Source: Planctomycetota bacterium
Lineage (GTDB): Bacteria > Planctomycetota > UBA8108 > SXIK01
Assembly: GCA_965223265.1 (NCBI GenBank)
Contig: OZ244999.1
Location: 1,792,001 to 1,856,000 of the forward strand
Direction: 5' to 3'
DNA length: 64,000 nt
A program made the translations under genes and the position numbers. The notes beneath the pieces were generated by a model, which saw only the letters and a program-made list of their open reading frames with translations, did not search any database and was not told the DNA's origin. This document shows positions 1 to 9,062 of this stretch, one piece after another; position 1 is the first letter of the stretch, and each line of letters begins with the position of its first letter.

Positions 1-1021
1 TTACGGGGTCGTACTTGTGGTCGTGGCACTTGGCGCAGTTCATCGTCAGGCCGAGGAAAGCTTTCGAAGTGTGCTCGATGGTATCGTCGAGCCATGTCGT
101 GCGGTTGAAGAGGTAGTAGTTGCGTGCCAAAAAGCCTGTGCCTGTCACCGCGTCGAGGTCAGCCGGTGCGATCTCATCGCCAGCGAGCATCTCGAGCACC
201 ATGCGGTCGTATCCTTTGTCGGCGTTGAGTGAGTCGACGATCCAGTCACGCCAATGCCAGATGTGCTTCTGGCTGTTTCTTAGCTGCGCGCCGAGGCCGT
301 ACCAATCCGTGTAACGCCAAACGTCCATCCAATGGCGTCCCCAGCGCTCGCCGTATTGAGGGTTGGCCAGGAGTTCCGCGACGACGCGCTCGACAGCTTC
401 GGCGCTGTCGTCGTTGAGGAAGGCGTGGATCTCTTGTCGCGACGGGGGCAGGCCGATGAGGTCGACGTAGAGGCGTCGTAGGAGCAGTGGCTTGGAAACC
501 AACGAGACGGGGCGTAGTCGCCGCTCTTCATGCTCGCGGGCGATAAACGCGTCGATCGGGTGATCGCGCCACTCCGGCGTGTTCACATCAGGCACTGGCG
601 GTCGCATCGGGCGAAGAAACGCCCAGTGTTTGTTCGGATCCTCTTCCGGACGGTCGTCGGCAGGAGCGGGGGCGCCAGCAACGACCCAAGCCCTCAGTCT
701 CGCGACCTCTTTCGGTTCGAGTGCACGCCCTTCCGGGGGCATGCGGTAGCTCGCGTCACTGCTTGAGATGCGGTCGATCAGCAGACTCGATGCGGCGTTC
801 CCGGGGACGATCACAGCGCCGCTGCCTCCGCCTTTGCGGATCAGGCTTGCTGCGTCGAGACGAAGCCCCGCCTCACTCTTCAGGGCGCCGTGACAGGCGT
901 AGCAACGTTCGCGCAGAATCGGTTGAACGTCGCGCTTGTAGTCGACCTCAGCACCGCTCAGTACGCCGCCGGCGGCAGCCAAAAGAAGACTCGAAACGAA
1001 GAACGCACTTGGTGATGGCAT
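1..1021 (-). CDS. Planctomycete cytochrome c (PSCyt1 + DUF1549/PSCyt2, probably DUF1553 beyond the edge); 3'-truncated by the window edge
   Basis: Absent from the ORF track because it has no stop in the window. Manual minus-strand translation from ATG 1021: MPSPSAFFVSSLLLAAAGG (signal) ... VDYKRDVQPILRERCYACHG (CxxCH) ... RMPP ... HWAF ... HPIDAFI ... LLRRLYVDLIGLPP ... YGERWGRHWMDVWRY ... AFLGLTMNCAKCHDHKYDP. Confidence 0.9.
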   Translation of the reverse strand, partial: MPSPSAFFVSSLLLAAAGGVLSGAEVDYKRDVQPILRERCYACHGALKSEAGLRLDAASLIRKGGGSGAVIVPGNAASSLLIDRISSSDASYRMPPEGRALEPKEVARLRAWVVAGAPAPADDRPEEDPNKHWAFLRPMRPPVPDVNTPEWRDHPIDAFIAREHEERRLRPVSLVSKPLLLRRLYVDLIGLPPSRQEIHAFLNDDSAEAVERVVAELLANPQYGERWGRHWMDVWRYTDWYGLGAQLRNSQKHIWHWRDWIVDSLNADKGYDRMVLEMLAGDEIAPADLDAVTGTGFLARNYYLFNRTTWLDDTIEHTSKAFLGLTMNCAKCHDHKYDPV

Positions 1022-1266
1022 GACTATGACAGTCGCTCCCCGCACGACAATAGCGCGCCGGCGGACCACGCCTGGCGGAACGATTTCTGTGACGCAGTGT
1101 ACCTCACGCGTTCTCTGGCTCGCTACTCGTTTTCGCACAACCGGCGTTGAGCGTACTCGTAAATGCTAGACGGTCAGGTGATCACTGAGCCGTTTCTCCT
1201 GCTCGGTGAGTCGTCGGCCTTGCGATTTGTTTTCCTGCCGAAAGCCGCGCCGGTTTTCAGACTTAG

Positions 1267-1425
1267 CAGCCCGTTGAAAAAGTCATTCGGCCGAGAAACC
1301 GGCCTCTTCACGCCCAGCTCGACCGCGTCAATACTCGAAAATCTCGGAGATTACCTGCGTTTGCCGCGGCCGATCTGGACGCGAAGAGACCAGTTTTCGG
1401 CTCGAAGCACTTTTTCAACAGGCTG
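1267..1425 (+). mobile_element. 159-bp MITE, copy 1 (non-autonomous; IS5/IS1182-like ends)
   Basis: Terminal inverted repeats CAGCCCGTTGAAAAAGT ... ACTTTTTCAACAGGCTG; TTAG on both flanks (1263-1266, 1426-1429); no transposase; same sequence recurs at 3372 and 15344. Confidence 0.88.
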
Positions 1426-1434
1426 TTAGAGCAT

Positions 1435-1669
1435 TCTTCAAAGAAAGTCCCTAGCACTTTCCAAAAAACTTACCTCTAGAAGGTAGGGACACAGGGGTTG
1501 AGTGTTCGCGCGTTGAGTCTATCCGGTGATCCTTGCTGTCGTTCGGAAGTGAAGAGATGTTTCCGTTCCGAAATCCGTACCGCTTTTCAGAGACTGAGAA
1601 ATCTTCAAAGAAAGTCCCTAGCACTTTCCAAAAAACTTACCTCTAGAAGGTAGAGACACAGGGTTTGAG
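1435..1669 (+). repeat. Two 68-bp AT-rich direct repeats (1435-1502 and 1602-1669)
   Basis: TCTTCAAAGAAAGTCCCTAGCACTTTCCAAAAAACTTACCTCTAGAAGGTAG(G/A)GACACAGGG(G/T)TTGAG occurs twice, 167 bp apart, with 2 mismatches. Confidence 0.9.
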
Positions 1670-1674
1670 AGTAC

Positions 1675-1819
1675 GTGCTTCGAACCGAAAACTGTTCTCT
1701 TCGTGTCCGGATCGGCTGCGGCAAACGCCAGCAATCTCTGAGTTTCTTGAGTATTGACGCGGTCGAGCTGGGCGTGAAAAGGGCCAGATTCTCGGCCGAA
1801 TGACTTTTCCAATGGGTTG
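1675..1819 (-). mobile_element. Degenerate, inverted, end-truncated copy of the 159-bp MITE
   Basis: Reverse complement reads CAACCCATTGGAAAAGTCATTCGGCCGAGAATCTGGCC...TTTTCGGTTCGAAGCAC, alignable to copy 1; the right TIR is missing where the 68-bp repeat sits. Confidence 0.8.
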
Positions 1820-1892
1820 GTAAGGCAAAGCTTTCGCGACAGCCGTCGTCAGAGCTTCTAACGAAACCTTGTCCGAGGTGCGGGAGGATGTC

Positions 1893-3371
1893 ATGCACAC
1901 TTTTCGGATTTTTCTTGCCTTGACCGGATTGATGGGCGTTGGGGTTGTTTTGTTCGTTTCAGTTCGCTCACCGGTGGCCTCGCTGGAGTTTCAGCAAATC
2001 ACGAAGGATCAGTACGAGGAAGAGCTGAAGTCTGCTCCGTACGCCGGCCGCATCGCCCGCGCCCGCGAAGTGCTGCTCGGAACGAGCGACGCGGAGGTGG
2101 CCGTCAAGGCGCTGCGGGAGCTGCGCGACGTCTCAAAGGAGCTTGGCCGTGAAGCCGAGGCGCTCGAGGCGGTCGACGCGTTTCTCGCCAAGGCGCCCGA
2201 AGGGAGCGCGCTTTACCAAGACGCCTACTACGTCAGAGCGCGGCTACTTTTTAGAAGCGGCGAGACCGAAGCTGCTCGGACGCTCTTTTCGCAGGGGAGC
2301 GCGAGCGGCTGGACACCCTACGACCGCGAAGATCCTTTCGAAGCTCTCAAAGACACGCTCTACCAAAACGATGTCGCAAGCTATGCGGTCGAGAACTGCA
2401 ACCGCGCCCTCGTCGACGAAGCGTGGTATCAGCGTGAAGGGGACTATCTGAAGATCCTCGGCATCAATCTCCTCTGGAGGGCACGCAAAAGCGGCGAGAC
2501 CTTCGCCGAGCGCGACGTCTTACCGCGGCTCGGAGACCGCACCGATGCGCCGCACCATCGCCAGGCAGCGACGGTCGTCTGCCTGATCGCGGACGGGCGC
2601 TACGCCGAGGCGCGAGACGAGATCGGCGTGCTCGAGCGTCAGCTTGCGGAGGTGCAGCCCGGGGCTGCCGGGGATGCGCAGGGATACTTCCGCGCGAACG
2701 AGAAACGCAACGTGCCGCTCTACATGGCAGCGGTGCTGCTACTAGAAGGACGCGACCTCTCCGGCGCGCGCGCCGCGATGGGCGACTTCTACGCGCTCAA
2801 CACCGACCGCGCCGAATACGTGCGCGAGCGGCTCATGCGTCTTGTCTTCACGCTCGAAGGAGGAGGCGCATCTCCGTACCGGCGCGCTTCGACGGTGACG
2901 TCGTTTCTCATCGACAGTGGATTCACTTCGGACCCGGCGATCCTCTCTCAGTTTGAGCCTAGCTCACACCTCTGGATCCTCGACCACCAACTGATCTCGC
3001 TCTTTAATCAGCGGCGCTGGGACGAGGCCGTAGCGGTCGCCGAGGAAATGGCAGCGCAGTACGACCCAGAGGACATGGCCGCCAACAACGGTCTCTACAC
3101 GCTGGGGCTGATCCACCTGCGCGAGGGGCGCTTCAGCGAGGCCGAGACGGCGTTTCAGCGTCAGATCGCAGCCGACACGCCGGCGCGGTGGGAGCGCGCG
3201 GCCAAGGCCAAGCTCGCCGAGACATGGATCGCACTCGAGAGACCAGCCTCCGAGGTGCTCAACCTGACAGTCCGCCTTCTGGATCAGGCCTCGCCGGAGG
3301 AGGCCGGCTTCCACGGCTACGGCTTGAGTGTCCACCGCGCCGGACGCTATGCGGTTCGCCAGCGCGGCTAG
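1893..3371 (+). CDS. Exported/membrane-anchored tetratricopeptide-repeat (TPR-like) protein
   Basis: ATG 1893 with SD GGGAGGA; hydrophobic N-terminus; TPR-like helices (AYYVRARLLFRSGETEAARTLF; LYTLGLIHLREGRFSEAETAFQ). Its TAG stop lies in the CTAG target site of MITE copy 2. Confidence 0.75.
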   Translation: MHTFRIFLALTGLMGVGVVLFVSVRSPVASLEFQQITKDQYEEELKSAPYAGRIARAREVLLGTSDAEVAVKALRELRDVSKELGREAEALEAVDAFLAKAPEGSALYQDAYYVRARLLFRSGETEAARTLFSQGSASGWTPYDREDPFEALKDTLYQNDVASYAVENCNRALVDEAWYQREGDYLKILGINLLWRARKSGETFAERDVLPRLGDRTDAPHHRQAATVVCLIADGRYAEARDEIGVLERQLAEVQPGAAGDAQGYFRANEKRNVPLYMAAVLLLEGRDLSGARAAMGDFYALNTDRAEYVRERLMRLVFTLEGGGASPYRRASTVTSFLIDSGFTSDPAILSQFEPSSHLWILDHQLISLFNQRRWDEAVAVAEEMAAQYDPEDMAANNGLYTLGLIHLREGRFSEAETAFQRQIAADTPARWERAAKAKLAETWIALERPASEVLNLTVRLLDQASPEEAGFHGYGLSVHRAGRYAVRQRG

Positions 3372-3530
3372 CAGCCCGTTGAAAAAGTCATTCGGCTGAG
3401 AAACCGGCCTCTTCACGCCCAGATCAGCCGCGGCGAGCCTCGAAAATCTCGGAGATTACCTGCGTTCGCCGCGGCTGATCTGGACGCGAAGCGACCAGTT
3501 TTCAGCTCGAAGCACTTTTTCAACAGGCTG
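3372..3530 (+). mobile_element. 159-bp MITE, copy 2 (variant)
   Basis: Same TIRs and length as copy 1; flanked by CTAG (3368-3371, 3531-3534); internal substitutions relative to copies 1 and 3. Confidence 0.88.
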
Positions 3531-3649
3531 CTAGGTAACGCTTTGATCAACAAGGCTGGTTGCTTCGATACGACCAGATTCCATGAACAACGAGGTGTAT
3601 CGTGTCAAATCCAAACATGACCGTCGAGTGATCCTTTTCGGCGATCGCT

Positions 3650-4297
3650 TTGATCAGACTCTCATCGATTGTGCTTCTGGCAGGCTCGCAGTTGCTCTTT
3701 GCGAACACGCCGACGAACTTCGAATTCGCCGTTACGGAGGCCTGTAATCCGTGTGATACGGGCGATGGTGCGAACGTGGGCGCCTGCAGCGTCGGCGCAG
3801 GAGGAACGGGAACGACTTCGGCACCGGTATTTCTCTTTCGCGGCTCGGCGATTGAACTGGTTACAGATCTTGAGCTGTCCGGGATCACGTTCGCATGGAG
3901 TCACACCCGGACGTATGACAGTGGGCTCACTTCACTTACTTCGGTTCCCTTGCCATCGATCAGCGGCGAGCGATGGATTGGTGGACTCTCCGAGCTTCAC
4001 ATAGAGGAGGAAGCCAGCGGAGACATTACGTTGATAGTAAATGCCTCGACAAAGCGAACGTTCGACGAAAGTGGCGGGAGCTACACTGCACCGGCCGACT
4101 ACACGGCCACCCTAATCGAGGAAAATGCAGGAACGTCCACCGAGGAGTACATTCTCACTCATGTCGACACTGGAGAGGTCTACGTATTTTACGGATTCGC
4201 CGCAAGTATCGATGCGGACCTCCACGGAAAGCTCAAGCGTCGATCGAGTCGTCACTTCGAGGAGACGTCGAAGAACGGCAACGAATACGTCTATCAC
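3650..4297 (+). pseudogene. Rhs polymorphic toxin, fragment 1 (signal peptide + DUF6531-like domain), interrupted by IS1380
   Basis: MIRLSSIVLLAGSQLLFA signal-like N-terminus; PVFLFRGSAIELVTDLELSG...WSHTRTYDS resembles DUF6531; frame continues at 6064 after removing the IS and one ATCAC copy (EYVYH|TSGVDAGRV). Confidence 0.85.
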
Positions 4298-6058
4298 CCC
4301 GGGTTATTCACGAGGACGTCTGTATGTGACCAATGAGCGCACGGCGACGCCGCGTAGCTCCGTGTCGTCGATGATCGCACTGATCCCCATGCGGTGACAG
4401 CAGACGGCCCCCTTTCCCCCAGCGGTTCGGGAGTGCAGATGGGCAGCGGGTTGTCGTAGTGCTCATTCCTTGAGGACCGTGGAAAGGTGTGCGTGGGACG
4501 GAGGCGGAATCCAGCTGCGGGAGGTCGGAGGATCGGGGACGCCTTGGTTTGACCGCCACCTTAGCATTCTTTGGAACAGCCGATTCCACAGCGGCAGTGC
4601 GGCGAGCGCCACGTCGACAAACAGACGCCGGCCACCTTTGGCGACCCGTACAGCCGTCTTTAGCAGCGTGCGTTGAAGTCGAGCGACATCCCAACCGTTG
4701 CCCGCCCTGGAGGCGGCTTCGAGCTCGCCTCGGAGAATCGACAGAAGGTTGTAGGCTAGAAGCGCGAGCAGAAGGTTGACCTCGTTCTCGACGAACTTGG
4801 GCGAGGAGAGGTGGGGAGTGATCGACTGCGAGAGCTCGCCGAGCCGGTCCTCGAAGGTGCCGCGACGGCGGTAGTGAGCGAGCAGATCGCGACTTCCGGG
4901 TCTTTCGGAGATCGACCAGTTCGTCACGAGGAAGAAGTGCCTCGGGAAGAACTCCAGCTGGCCTGTCTTCGGGTCGGGCTTGTCCACGACGACGAGGATG
5001 ACTCGTTGCGAGTGCTGCCACGTCTCAGCCCGGTACTGACCCAGCTCGATCACTTTCTCGTACCCCTCGCTCGGTGGTCGGCCGACCGGGCGTCTGAGAA
5101 ACGGCTTCGCAAGTTCCTCGAGCACCTCGTTCTTCTTCAGTCGCCCGATGAATCGAGTACCGTCGTCACTCAGTGCGTCGAGGACTTTTCCGACGGTGTA
5201 CCCTGCGTCGAGGCGGACGTCGACCGATCGCGAGAAACGTGCGGTACGTTTTACCGCTTCGCGGATAAACCGCACGGCGCCGTTTGCGGTGTGGACGTTT
5301 CCTGCTCGCAGCACCGCGTGAACGAATCCGTCGCCAAGCCGACGGCTGTCGTAGTCGCCGCCCGGAGCGAACCCGGCCACGATTGGGTGGTAGACCTTCT
5401 TCTGGTAGTAACCGTGGTACGCGCCGCCCTCTTGGTCTCCGTGGACCTCGATCGGGAAACTGTCGATGTCGAGGGTCGCGCGCTGGACTGATCGATCCTG
5501 GCCGCTTGCACGAAGATGGCGCTCAACCCAGTCTGCCAGAGCGGCCCTGACCGCCTCGACGTTCGACTTGAAGACCGTAAGGTTGTCGGTCAGCCGCGAC
5601 TGAGTCGGCTGGCTCGCCATCCGCTCCTCGAGAACAGCCTCTCCTGCACGGTTCCAGGTGGCGATTCTCATCGCCGGGTCGTGCGCCAGCAGATCCACGT
5701 CGTCGTCCGCGCTGTAGCCAAGAGCGAGGGAAAAGATTCGCTCTCGGAGTAGCTCGTCGAGGTGGTACCGGATTCGATCCTGCCTGCGCCGGTCCCTGAG
5801 CTGCGAGGCGACGCTATCGATCAAACCGAGCCGCGCGTCCGTCTCTCGCAGCAGGAGAACGCCACCGTTGGAACTCAGCCGTTGATCCCTTGCCCTCACC
5901 TTCACGCTGCGGTTGAATGTGGACTCGAAGAAGACGTGTCTCTCTTCACTCAATGCGTGATTCCTCCGTTTCAGGTTCTTTTCTCAGGTCGCACTGGAAT
6001 AGATGCCTGAAACGGACTTTTTTCGCGCCTCTTCTTCGGTCTTGGTGAATAAACCGGG
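4298..6058 (-). mobile_element. Complete IS1380-family insertion sequence (1761 bp)
   Basis: 14-bp IRs CCCGGGTTATTCAC (4298-4311) / GTGAATAAACCGGG (6045-6058), 1 mismatch; 5-bp target duplication ATCAC (4293-4297, 6059-6063). Confidence 0.93.
4463..5953 (-). CDS. IS1380-family DDE transposase (DDE_Tnp_1_4)
   Basis: Motifs LSSNGGVLLLRE, ALGY..DDD.D.L.HDP, ASQPT.SRL, TLDIDS...VHGDQEG..YHGYY...YHP, LRAGN, VRLDAGY, YRRRGTFEDRLGEL; TTG start with SD GGAGGA. Confidence 0.93.
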   Translation of the reverse strand: MSEERHVFFESTFNRSVKVRARDQRLSSNGGVLLLRETDARLGLIDSVASQLRDRRRQDRIRYHLDELLRERIFSLALGYSADDDVDLLAHDPAMRIATWNRAGEAVLEERMASQPTQSRLTDNLTVFKSNVEAVRAALADWVERHLRASGQDRSVQRATLDIDSFPIEVHGDQEGGAYHGYYQKKVYHPIVAGFAPGGDYDSRRLGDGFVHAVLRAGNVHTANGAVRFIREAVKRTARFSRSVDVRLDAGYTVGKVLDALSDDGTRFIGRLKKNEVLEELAKPFLRRPVGRPPSEGYEKVIELGQYRAETWQHSQRVILVVVDKPDPKTGQLEFFPRHFFLVTNWSISERPGSRDLLAHYRRRGTFEDRLGELSQSITPHLSSPKFVENEVNLLLALLAYNLLSILRGELEAASRAGNGWDVARLQRTLLKTAVRVAKGGRRLFVDVALAALPLWNRLFQRMLRWRSNQGVPDPPTSRSWIPPPSHAHLSTVLKE

Positions 6059-6063
6059 ATCAC

Positions 6064-8228
6064 ACATCTGGTGTTGATGCGGGAAGAGTTGACAAGATCA
6101 ATATTAAGGATGGATCCACGACTCTCTACACTGTCGACTACACCTATTCAAGCAACAAGATCTCACAAATCGTCGTAAAAGAGGGATCCACCGAGCTGAA
6201 GAAAGTTGAGTATACCTACTTTAGTAGTGGTGCCGGGCATCATGCCGACGTGGGAACCGATGGTGACCTTGTCCAGGTAAAGAGTTCTGAGAAGGCTTCC
6301 GACGGCTCGAGCTGGATCACTCATACATCTCAATACCGCTACTACTCCGACGGAGATTCGGGCGGTGGGGATCACCAGCTGAAAGCAGTTTTCGAAGCTG
6401 ATGCTGTCGAGCGCATGATCGCAGACAACGTGAACATCTCGTCTGCGAGCACGGTGCTCACGAAGGCGGATTCCTATGCTACGGGGGGTTCCGCAGCCGT
6501 AGAGGACTTCTCCTCGCGCAGTTTTACGTATTACACGAGTTCTCTCAATACGAGCGCGACGATCACGACCCCTTGGGGCTCTGAGAATCTGAACACGAAG
6601 TATGGCGGGAGCAACATCCTGGAGACTGATTGGGTTAAGACTGAGACTGTGCACGCCTCGTGCTCTAGCTGTGGTGGTGATACTCCTGGTGGGGGACTGA
6701 AGCGCACCTACTTCTATATGTACTTACCGCAACCGTCGTCTGTATCGGAGGTGACTAGAATCGTCGTCGAAGATACAGAGGAGTCTGGCGGTGAGGAAGC
6801 GTACCGGCGCATTTTCGGCTTGAACAAGCACGGAAAGGTGTTGAGAAGGACGCTGATTGAAAATCCAACCGCGGCGACGCTCGTCGCATGGTGTGACTCT
6901 GTCAAATTGACCACAGCTAGCCGAGTTAGCGAGTTGCGAAAGCCGTCTGCTCATGACGTAACTGATAACGCGGACATGAAGAAGTTCCTCGATCCAGAGG
7001 GCGGGTCGCCGGCTGGGCAAAATGACACCGACACATTGAATGCAAGCGAAGGCGCTATTTTCGTTTTCGAACATAACGGTGACGATCGTCGAACTGGCAC
7101 GCGGCTAAAAAACGGACGGTCCGGTACGTCCTACTACATCAGCGCTACGGACTGGGGCGACGGCATCGCGACTGACGAGCCGGAGCATCTTCCGGTTGCG
7201 AGATACAGGTACCCCACCAAGACGACGGTGCGCGGCTCGGGAGTTGTGACTGACATTGACTACGATTTTTGGGACACAGCCGACACCCAAATCAAGGTGG
7301 CGACTACAACACTGCCAGCGATCCCCGGAAGCCAGAATGGATCGAACGTCCGAACTGAGACGAAGAAGTATTTCGATGATCTTGGACGTCTGCGATGGGT
7401 GAAAGACGGCGAAGGGAATATCACTTATCACTCGTATCATCCGGAGCTGGGTGGCTTGGCGTATACGATGGTCGACGTCGAGACTGATAGCCTCCCGAGT
7501 GACATCACATCTGGCGTCAGCGGTAAGTATGTCAAGTGGGTGAACGACTCCGGTGGTAGTACCGCGCCGAGTGAATTCTCCAATACCGATAACGATAATT
7601 TGGAAATTGTCACGAAGACGGAATACGACGATCTTGGACGTTCTGAAATCCAGATCGATGCGAACGGATTTGAGCACCACACCGTCTACGAAGACGGGCG
7701 AACGATCGAGTATCCGTTCTGGAACGGATCGAGTGGGCAGCCTGAGCGTTCCATTGAAGTCGTAGAGACTGACGGCGCAGGAAATGTAGTCGATCAGTTT
7801 ACGATGACTCCATCTCAGGCAACATCGACCGGTTCTTCTCCTAATAAGGTTCCGAGTGGCATCAGCGATGCGGACAACCAGAACGACTACCTCAGTTGGA
7901 CGCATTTCGGATACGGTGTAGTCACCGGCGAGCTCATCGAGGAAGATCGCTATTTTGACATTCCCTCATCCATTAATCGAGACTTTGGTACGCTCTCAAC
8001 ACACTTCCATCGAACAGCCTTCAAATACGATGGTTTGGGTCGTGAAAAATTTATAATTGACGTCGTCAGCGGCACGCTGACGAGCAACGGCGTCGAGCAG
8101 ATCACTCAAAAAGTCTACGATGTGCGTGATCGCCGCACGAGCATCAAACGCGGTATTAGCGGCTCGAGTCACAACATGGGATCGAACTATGCGATTCCCA
8201 CGACCGGCATCGATACCGTAGAAGAGAG
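6064..8228 (+). pseudogene. Rhs polymorphic toxin, fragment 2 (YD/Rhs repeats), between IS1380 and IS66
   Basis: Open in the frame of ORF 6250..8232 from 6064; YD repeats (YFDDLGRLRWVKDGEG, EYDDLGR, YDGLGR, YDVRDR); CSSCGG motif. Confidence 0.88.
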
Positions 8229-8300
8229 GTAAGCGTCCGGTGAACTCCATCTGGCGTCGCGCGCCGTTGTGTGGAGACTTCGTGGTCGAGGAGGTGAACC

Positions 8301-8651
8301 ATGAAGAGCTCGAGATCGAGGCGTCGTCTGCAGCACGAAATCGACGAGATTGTCGCAGCGTACCACCGAAGCGGTCTTTCGCAGTCGGCGTACTGTGAGT
8401 GCGAAGGACTATCGCTGTCAACTCTGAGCAACTGGCTCTCGAAGGCGCGCAAGGGTCGGACGAGGCAGCCGGCGAAGCATAGCTCCGGGGAGTCACAGTT
8501 TGTCCCCGTGAAGCTCGTGGACGATTGTCGCTCTCAAAGCTGCGGCACCCTGGAGGTAGAGTCGGCGCGCGGCTACTTGCTCCGTGTTCCAGCGGGAATT
8601 GAGCCCGAGCTGCTAGCGCGTTATGTGCACGCGCTGGAGGAGAGATGCTGA
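8301..8651 (+). CDS. tnpA: IS66 accessory protein TnpA (HTH)
   Basis: SD GAGGTG; IVAAYHRSGLSQSAYCECEGLSLSTLSNW HTH; FVPV motif; first ORF of the IS66. Confidence 0.88.
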   Translation: MKSSRSRRRLQHEIDEIVAAYHRSGLSQSAYCECEGLSLSTLSNWLSKARKGRTRQPAKHSSGESQFVPVKLVDDCRSQSCGTLEVESARGYLLRVPAGIEPELLARYVHALEERC

Positions 8652-9007
8652 CGCTCTCTTCGAGCACACGCATCTACGTCGCTACAGGAGTCACCGATAT
8701 GCGCCGTGGCTTCAACGGTCTCGCCGCGACGGTCATGGGCGAGTTGAACCTCGAGCTTCTGTCGGGCCATCTTTTCGTGTTCTCGAATCGCCGTCGTGAT
8801 CGCTTAAAGGTGATGTACTTTGATGGAAGTGGTCTGTGGGTCTGCGCCAAGCGACTTGAGAAGGGAACGTTCAAGTGGCCTGAAGCCGGCAGCGACGTTG
8901 TCGAGATGACGAACGAGGAGTTGCTGCTTCTACTCGGTGGCATTGATCTCACTGAAACGAAGCGCCGCCGCTGGTTCGGTCGTGAAGCAAAGCGACACGC
9001 TATGTAA
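8645..9007 (+). CDS. tnpB: IS66 accessory protein TnpB
   Basis: RIYVATGVTDMRRGFNGL...GHLFVFSNRRRDRLKVMYFDGSGLWVCAKRLEKGTFKWP, the canonical IS66 Orf2 pattern (not the IS200/605 TnpB nuclease). Confidence 0.95.
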   Translation: MLTLSSSTRIYVATGVTDMRRGFNGLAATVMGELNLELLSGHLFVFSNRRRDRLKVMYFDGSGLWVCAKRLEKGTFKWPEAGSDVVEMTNEELLLLLGGIDLTETKRRRWFGREAKRHAM

Positions 9008-9062
9008 TCGTTTGTTTCAAACTTTCTTGACGCGCGATGAAGACTCGCTATGATTCTTCGCC

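Noticed and set aside
1163-1429. Short ORFs ending ...RSTFSTGC here and at 15267-15506 as a repeated peptide family
   Set aside because: They are read-throughs of the MITE; the similarity is at DNA level, and the substitutions in copy 2 track base pairing rather than codons.
1435-1669. Possible mini-CRISPR array from the two direct repeats
   Set aside because: Only two units, 68 bp long with a 99-bp spacer, outside CRISPR size ranges; no cas genes in the window.
3602-3652. In-frame TGA (3629-3631) between an SD-preceded GTG (3602) and the Rhs start, as selenocysteine or readthrough
   Set aside because: It falls in a would-be signal n-region with no evident SECIS hairpin; TTG 3650 already gives a plausible signal peptide. 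A nonsense mutation cannot be excluded.
6089-6115. TTGACA just outside the IS1380 end as an IS-created promoter for Rhs fragment 2
   Set aside because: It lies within the original Rhs coding sequence, not the IS, and has no properly spaced -10.
8645-9007. 'TnpB' as an RNA-guided nuclease
   Set aside because: It is the 120-aa IS66 accessory Orf2 with no RuvC motifs, unrelated to IS200/IS605 TnpB.
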